From contig NC_042999.1 in the NCBI RefSeq assembly GCF_006345805.1, positions 27,466,001 through 27,530,000 of the forward strand: DNA of 64,000 nucleotides, written 5' to 3'. This document shows, piece by piece, positions 56,690 through 64,000 of this stretch. The notes below the pieces were generated by a model, which was given only the letters and a program-made list of their open reading frames with translations, was not told where the DNA came from and made no database searches. This DNA comes from Octopus sinensis. Its lineage: Eukaryota. The translations under genes were made by a program, and so were the position numbers. Within the stretch, counting starts at the first letter, position 1, and every line of letters starts with the position of its first letter.

Positions 56690-57288
56690 AGCCAAGTCGG
56701 GACAGATATTTTCACGAGCATTTCAAACCCTACCAAGGCAATATCTGACCTAAAATTTTCAAATCGTCGCACTCGCGCCAATTTATCGGCAGCAAATAAA
56801 TATAAGCCGTCGATTCCATTACGGAATTAACCAGAAAATTCATAATTAATCAATATAGGGTGGTGAAAAAAATTTTTGTAGAATTCCTTTTGGCCACCAG
56901 CGGCCTAGTGGGAAAAAATTAAATTTTACGGAATGTTTACGGAATTGATCTTTATTTGCGGTTGAAGCTTTGGCTGTTATTTCTAGTGGGTGAATGGCCT
57001 ATTATGGCCGTTCCTTGATTGTTGATGTTGAACTTAAAAATGGTCTACGACTATTTAATTTTTTCCCACTAGGCCGCTGGTGGCAAAAGGAATTCTACAA
57101 AAATTTTTTTCACCACCCTATATTGATTAATTATGAATTTTCTGGTTAATACCGTAATGGAATCGACGGCTTATATTTATTTGCTGCCGATAAATTTGGC
57201 GCGAGTGCGACGATTTGAAAATTTTAGGTCAGATATTGCCTTGGTAGGGTTTGAAATGCCTCGTGAAAATATCTGTCCCGACATGGCT

Positions 57289-57395
57289 ATTTCTTGCTGA
57301 AGAATCTGAGGGCCTATGGAAGATTGGCTTGATTTAATTTAATCAGGTTAGTTTACCATTAAACAGCAGACGAAACGGTGCATCGTACAAGAAAT
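57289..57395 (+). ncRNA. Type I hammerhead ribozyme, array copy
   Basis: Stem I ATTTCTTG/CAAGAAAT (8 bp); CTGAAGA; stem II TCTG/CAGA closed by A.C; GAAA; stem III ACGG/TCGT with TGCA loop; GTA cleavage triplet 57385-57387. Confidence 0.85.
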
Positions 57396-57778
57396 TACAG
57401 GGTAAATGTTTTTTTAAATTTTCTCCTGTTTACGGAATTGATCTTTATTTGCGGTTGAAGCTTTGGCTGTTATTTCTAGTGGGTGAATGGCCTATTATGC
57501 CCGTTCCTTGATTGTTGATGTTGAACTTAAAAATGGTCTACGACTATTTAATTTTTTCCCACTAGGCCGCTGGTGGCAAAAGGAATTCTACAAAAATTTT
57601 TTTCACCACCCTATATTGATTAATATGAATTTTCTGGTAATTCCGTAATGGAATCGACGGCTTATATTTATTTGCTGCCGATAATTTGGCGCGAGTGCGA
57701 CGATTTGAAAATTTTAGGTCAGATATTGCCTTGGTAGGGTTTGAAATGCCTCGTGAAAATATTTGTCCCGACATGGCT

Positions 57779-57885
57779 ATTTCTTGCTGAAGAATCTGAG
57801 GCCTATGGAAGATTGGCTTGATTTAATTTAATCAGGTTAGTTTACCATTAAACAGCAGACGAAACGGTGGCATCGTACAAGAAAT
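57779..57885 (+). ncRNA. Type I hammerhead ribozyme, array copy
   Basis: Same fold; CTGAAGA 57787-57793, GTA 57875-57877; one extra G in loop III. Confidence 0.82.
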
Positions 57886-58266
57886 TACAGGGTAAATGTT
57901 TTTTAAATTTTCTCCTGTTTACGGAATGATCTTTTTTGCGGTTGAAGCTTTGGCTGTTATTTCTAGTGGGTGAATGGCCTATTATGGCCGTTCCTTGATT
58001 GTTGATGTTGAACTTAAAAATGGTCTACGACTATTTAATTTTTTCCCACTAGGCGCTGGTGGCAAAAGGAATTCTACAAAAATTTTTTTCACCACCCTAT
58101 ATTGATTATTATGAATTTTCTGGTTAATTCCGTAATGGAATCGACGGCTTATATTTATTTGCTGCCGATAAATTTGGCGCGAGTGCGACGATTTGAAAAT
58201 TTTAGGTCAGATATTGCCTTGTGTAGGGTTTGAAATGCCTCGTGAAAATATCTGTCCGACTTGGCT

Positions 58267-58372
58267 ATTTCTTGCTGAAGATCTGAGGGCCTATGGAAGA
58301 TTGGCTTTATTTAATTTAATCAGGTTAGTTTACCATTAAACAGCAGACGAAACGGTGCATCGTACAAGAAAT
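58267..58372 (+). ncRNA. Type I hammerhead ribozyme, array copy
   Basis: Same fold; CTGAAGA 58275-58281, GTA 58362-58364; one A fewer before stem II. Confidence 0.8.
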
Positions 58373-58755
58373 TACAGGGTAAATGTTTTTTAAATTTTCT
58401 CCTGTTTACGGAATTGATCTTTATTTGCGGTTGAAGCTTTGGCTGTTATTTCTAGTGGGTGAATGGCCTATTATGGCCGTTCCTTGATTGTTGATGTTGA
58501 ACTTAAAAATGGTCTACGACTATTTAATTTTTTCCCACTAGGCCGCTGGTGGCAAAAGGAATTCTACAAAAATTTTTTTCACCACCCTATATTGATTAAT
58601 TATGAATTTTCTGGTTAATTCCGTAAGGAATCGACGCTTATATTTATTTGCTGCCGATAAATTTGGCGCGAGTGCGACGATTTGAAAATTTTAGGTCAGA
58701 TATTGCCTTGGTAGGGTTTGAAATGCCTCGTGAAAATATCTGTCCCGACTTGGCT

Positions 58756-58859
58756 ATTTCTTGCTGAAGATCTGAGGGCCTATGGAAGAGGCTTGATTTA
58801 ATTTAATCAGGTTAGTTTACCATTAAACAGCAGACGAAACGGTGCATCGTACAAGAAAT
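58756..58859 (+). ncRNA. Type I hammerhead ribozyme, array copy
   Basis: Same fold; CTGAAGA 58764-58770, GTA 58849-58851. Confidence 0.8.
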
Positions 58860-58979
58860 TACAGGGTAATGTTTTTTTAATTTTCTCCTGTTTACGGAAT
58901 TGATCTTTATTTGCGGTTGAAGCTTTGGCTGTTATTTCTAGTGGGTGAATGGCCTATTATGGCCGTTCCTTGACTGTTG

Positions 58980-59023
<44 letters not shown>

Positions 59024-59047
59024 ATATTATATATATATATATACATA

Positions 59048-59100
<53 letters not shown>

Positions 59101-60048
59101 TATATAATATACCCGCACATAAACAAACCAACTGACAGAAAAACAAGAACGTAAATATTTCGTCAACATATGGGAAGTAGTGATGGTTCGTTTTACATGT
59201 AGCAACAAAAATTTTGCGGGAATATCTTAGAATATATAAAATCTATTCCTAACAATTGGGTAAAGGGAGAAATGTTAAATAAAGTACTCTGTCTCCTAAG
59301 AAAAACATATTTTCCATTAGTCAGAAAAGCTGTGATTAGTCGCATTATAATGGTACTTGCAAAACCAAGAAAGGAGATTCTACGTAGTCGCCTGAGTTGT
59401 TAAAAATAGCTGACAGATTTCCTACAAACAACCTATCGTCCTAAAAAGAGATTATATATTAAATAATGTTATGAAAACGAAAGGTTGGAATGGCTATAGC
59501 TGGTATGTACGTGATGGAAGATCTGATCAAAATGCACCGATTAGGGTTAAATAACAACTAATTAACCAACCAATCAATCAACCAGCATCAAGAATTCAAA
59601 AGCAATGTAGTATGACAAGGAGAACTAAAAGGAGTGCGGGTACATTCAGATAATATCAGAAAGCCAGAGTGTGGTTCGAGGTGTTTGGTGAAATAGATGG
59701 TGGTGGAAGGACTTTTATTGTAGTTTCATTAAACAGACACAGATGAAGTCATAAAGAAGCAAACAGAAACGCGGAATTGATGGATGAGAACAGGAAGCAA
59801 TTTTTCAAACCACTTTAGGTCAAGGTTACTAGTGGGAAACCTGGTTCACCGAGCTGAATTGTCATGTTCGGACTATAATTGTCATAAACTCCAAAGCGAA
59901 AAGCTAATGGTTTTTATTATTTTGCCTTTTGTAAAATGTTCCTATCATTTCTAGAATGTGTTGGTGGCTTTTATATAACGATAATCCCAAACAAAACGTT
60001 AAAGTTTTAACAGCAATGTTTTATATATATACACATTAATTATGTTTT

Positions 60049-60445
60049 AACTAGCAGTATCGCCCGGCGTTACTCGGGTTTGTAAGGGAAATAACGATAT
60101 AAGCATTTTTAGAGATGTAAAGTATAATAGCCATCTCAATATGGCTAACCACAAAGGGGGGGTGTTACTGTAGCTTTTTACGTTCTGAGATTTAATAATA
60201 CATTTTAGAGCGTTACTTCGCTTATATAATAGCAAAAAAATGCTTTAAAAGTGGGAAAAAATTATGGTAATTTTTTTTTAAATCGTAGACTCATCGTAGA
60301 CGCGCGCTAATACCCAGAAGGGCTCGATATGAATCACGACTATAAGATACCCGCTTTTGGTTACACTGCGCCGGAGTGTAATGTGGGAGTGGTTAGGAAT
60401 CTAAATCGTAGGAGACAGACACACAACTTCAATTTATACATAAAG
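60049..60445 (+). mobile_element. Non-autonomous Helitron-like element
   Basis: AACTAGC..CCCGGCGTTACTCGGGTTTGTAAGGGAAATAAC start; CAGACACACAACTTCAATTTATA end. Confidence 0.7.
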
Positions 60446-60775
60446 ATATGTGCTGGGCATTGTTTCTTAAATATGTTTTGTAAGTATTATTTCATTTTTA
60501 GTGGGAAGAACTGGAATAGCAGAGTTAGTAGCGTGGCGCATAAATTTTAGGCACACCATCTACGTTGTGTCACACCAATTCACGGTGGACATTTCTTCTT
60601 CTGTAGTAAATAAATAATTATTGATTAAATCATGAGACTAATTTAATCAACAGTACCTGACCTACAAAATTTGAGGTCAATATAATAGTCGGCTTCTTAT
60701 ATTCTTTATATATTCACTACTGATCTTTAAACTACTATCTTTACAAATTTAATGATGATCTATTTTTATGCTTAC

Positions 60776-60960
60776 CGTATTATTTTCTTCTGTTCAGGTT
60801 TACCGTTGTGCTTGGCGCCACAAGATGCTTGAAAGTACATTTCTCCCTGCTTAGTGCACCGTCGTACTATAATGAAGTCTCGGTCTTTTATCAATTTGGG
60901 TATCGCACCAGGTACCACGTAATAGAGGATATCTATTTCATCTGACAGTTTTTCAAGAAT
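60776..60960 (-). CDS. Internal exon of START-domain lipid-transfer gene (StAR/STARD3-like)
   Basis: Acceptor ttcaatcttgtAG and donor GTAAGC. 185 nt, phase 0 to 2: ILEKLSDEIDILYYVVPGAIPKLIKDRDFIIVRRCTKQGEMYFQASCGAKHNGKPEQKKII(R). Contains the START RDF motif; boundaries match the StAR exon VLQKIG...PEQKGVIR. Confidence 0.92.
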
Positions 60961-60996
60961 CTACAAGATTGAAAACAAAGATATATATTTATATAT

Positions 60997-62150
60997 ATAT
61001 ATATGAAAGAATGGAGCTGAACGACGAATTAACAAAATTCCTTTATTTTCGACATATGTTTCGAAGGCTGCATATTCCTAATTGCGAAGGGATAAGGAGT
61101 ACATTATGCCGCTTTCTCATCAGGAAAAGCAAGGAACATATGTCAACATCAAAATGCACAAAAAACTTTCAGATGATTGCTCACACGGAGCCCATAGCGG
61201 TAATGAGTGTCTCTTTAAAATATTCCTTTATAAGGAGTGACGTCAAAGTGGTTGAAAGTAGAAGAATATAGACTGTTCTAAAGGTTCAAGGGTTCAAACG
61301 AAGTTGGAGGAGAGAGGCAAAAGAATAGGAAGGTGAAAGGGTGCAGGTCGTATGAATGGTGGATTTTGTTAATTTCTTTTGTGAATGAGTGCCTGTGTGT
61401 GTGACTGTATATAACTGCATTAATGTGTGTGTGTATGTATGTGTATGCGTGATTGTGTATGTGGATGGGTAGATGTCAGAAAACATACAGTGGTGAGGTG
61501 AGATGTTTGTATCTGTGTGTTTGATTGTGCTTACTATAGAAGGAGGGAAATAGAGAGAGAAAGAGGGGGCGAGGTAGAGGGACTAAGGCAACAACCTCAC
61601 TGGATTGGGTAGTAGTTCTTTGAAAGTATTAAAAAAAATGTTATGACTATGGGGGTGACATATATAAAAAAAGGAAGTTATATTAATTAAAATTCAAGGG
61701 GTCATCTATATTAATCATTATACATATGAGTGAAAGGTGTATTTTTGCCAGTGCATGCACCTGTATGACCTCTCGATGATTGTATTTATTAAAGGGACTT
61801 TGGCGAACAAAATATGAAAAAGTTCGGAATTACAGATACCACAAAGTTTTTGCCCTTATCAAACGGAAAGGACACCGACAATATGGACCATTCTAGCTTG
61901 AAAGTTGTATTGCTGTCCTTCAGACGCCAAACTAATTTACTTAGTCCCGTGCTGTGTTGTTTTCTCTTATCTCGGAAAGTTAAATAATGATTGGAGATCC
62001 GTTGGGCTAATTTAGAGGAAGTTGCTCCAATGTAGAAGAACACATCGGTTCCAGAAGAAATTTTGCACTGGTAAATGGTGTTTCTAATTTTGAAATTGTT
62101 GGATTAGAACTTTAATCTGTTGGGGTTAACTTCCGATACTAAGACAGAGT
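60997..62150 (-). mobile_element. Penelope-like element 3' fragment (GIY-YIG endonuclease plus HHR-bearing terminal region)
   Basis: NTIYQCKISSGTDVFFYIGATSSKLAQRISNHYLTFRDKRKQHSTGLSKLVWRLK...LEWSIL at ~61790-62090; ends in (TA)n on both sides. Confidence 0.85.
61046..61128 (-). ncRNA. Type I hammerhead ribozyme in Penelope-like 3' terminal region
   Basis: TTTTC-CTGATGA-GAAAGCGGCATA..TATGCAGCCTTC-GAAAC-ATAT-GTC-GAAAA. Stem II pairs 10/12; palindromic ACATATGT; cleavage between 61051 and 61050. Confidence 0.85.
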
Positions 62151-62151
62151 T

Positions 62152-62236
<85 letters not shown>

Positions 62237-62569
62237 ATATATATATATGGCGGTGCCCCAGCATGGCCACAGCTCGTGAGCTGAAACTAGATAAATGAAA
62301 AAAAATATATATAAATATGTGTGTGTGTTTGTAATTCAATATTTCTATACAAATCTATTTATCTTAACAAGCACCACTTCCAGCTTTTAACCAAGAATGT
62401 CTAGGGAGGAGTTGTAAAGCTGGAACCGTAGTGAGTTCAATCATAACAAGTTTCGGTTCATTTCGACACTCAACAGCACGAAAGCATCTAAGGATGTGTT
62501 TCTTTCTTTTCTTTGAAGTAGCAAAAATAACCTTAGTATACTAGCTAATAAGGTGGAAGAATTAAATAC

Positions 62570-62632
<63 letters not shown>

Positions 62633-62634
<2 letters not shown>

Positions 62635-63030
62635 TGTGTACAGTGCTCAGGTGCACTCCAACTCATCTAAAGTGTATATATAATCAGGTGTAGTTTCGGC
62701 GGATTTCGGTAAGCATGAGGGCCTTAAAGGATGCAGTGTCATGGCAGTCAACAACTGACGCAGGCAGTTTATTCCATGCTTCAGCAACTCTGAGCGTGAA
62801 AAATGTTTCCGAAAGTCATGGGAGCTGTGTTGTTTTCTGACTTTGTAGGCATGTCCACGTGTGTTAGATACATGGAGATCAAAAAGGTGTTCAGTGTTGT
62901 TGTTGGTGAGGTGGTTGATAGCTTTGTGGGTGTTTACCAAGTCCGTCGCCAGACGCCGGAGCTTCAGTGAATCCATGCCCAGGGAAACAAGGCGCTCACT
63001 GTTTCTCAAGAGTAGGTATCATTTATGCCA
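62633..63030 (-). mobile_element. CR1/L2-like LINE 3' end
   Basis: LKLRRLATDLVNTHKAINH..NTRGHAYKVRKQHSSHDFRKHF..EAWNKLP; (ATT)n tail. Confidence 0.85.
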
Positions 63031-63289
63031 GGGAAGTCAAAGAGTCGCTGTTTCTGATTGATCGGAGTTTATTTCTGTTTTACGTCATTCAGCATTCACT
63101 GCCAAAATATTAGATTATATTAGATACAACTCAACAAACTCGTACGGAAGGAAAAATGATATTCATATCTATCTTAGAAAGTGAGGTAAACGATTTGTAT
63201 TTAATCAAGAATTAAAATCAAATAATGGTTGTCTCTACTCTCCTGAGAAACAGCTTCACCGACAAGCCAGTTATTTTACACATACGAGC

Positions 63290-63795
63290 ACGCACGCACA
63301 TACATACATACATACATACATACATACATACATACATACAACATACATACATACGTACATACGTACGTACGTACCTACATACATACATACATGCATGCAT
63401 ACATACATACATACATACATACATACATACAAACATACCTACATACATAACATACATACAAACATACATACATACATACATACATACATACATACATACA
63501 AACATACATACATACATACATACATACATACATACATACAAACATACATACAAACATACATACATACAAACATACATACATGCATGCATACATGCATACA
63601 TACATACATACATACATACATACAAACATACATACAAACATACATACATACAAACATACATACATACAAACATATATACAAACATACATACATACAAACA
63701 TATCCATCCATCCATACATACATACATACATACATACATACATACATACATACATAAATATATACATACATACATACGCACGCACGCAAGCACTC
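63290..63795. repeat. (CATA)n tetranucleotide array (another at 29277-29522)
   Basis: Directly visible. Confidence 0.95.
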
Positions 63796-64000
63796 ATGTG
63801 TTTTAATCATTTTATAGGAGAAAAGTAGATGTGGTGCGTATGTATTTTTTTCACCAAAAGAGATCAGTGTGGTGAATCTCAACGGCTGCAGCAGGGAATC
63901 GAAGCTTAATGGTGGATTCTGCAAAAATGATGTCCAGCTAACACTCAATAGATCCGAAAAGAAAATATGGTAGAACATAACTCTCGAAAGAGAAGCGTGG

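Larger units (their letters stand above)
56361..58981. repeat. ~490-bp tandem array with internal inversion (retrozyme-like)
   Basis: ~1.15 units reading on minus (56361-56924), then ~4.2 units on plus (56936-58981). Equivalent positions at 57387, 57877, 58364, 58851. (TA)n on both sides. Confidence 0.95.

Noticed and set aside
56995-57010. GGCCTATTATGGCC resembling an SfiI adaptor (vector or library artefact)
   Set aside because: Six-base spacer, so not an SfiI site; no other vector sequence nearby.

Overview
Eukaryotic, AT-rich, microsatellite-dense, mostly non-coding DNA. The SINE families and repeat landscape suggest an octopus or other cephalopod (inference). No prokaryotic features are present, and nearly all ORFs in the supplied track are microsatellite artefacts. 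One host gene is supported: a minus-strand START-domain (StAR/STARD3-like) lipid-transfer gene with two well-supported exons (60776-60960, 49257-49350), a candidate last exon (37566-37655) and 5' exons beyond the window. The rest is transposon debris: tRNA-SINEs, Tc1/mariner and pogo-like elements, MITEs, Helitron helicase and non-autonomous Helitrons, R4/Dong, RTE and CR1 LINE fragments, and Penelope-like (PLE) RT and GIY-YIG fragments. The most interesting signal is at RNA level: at least seven unrelated sequence families carry type I hammerhead ribozyme (HHR) folds. They include a ~490-bp tandem array with one HHR per unit (retrozyme-like). Four loci share a divergent inverted (<- ->) layout next to (TA)n, and one sense HHR would cut ~90 nt upstream of a START 3' splice site. 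All folds were paired by eye and none has been tested for activity.
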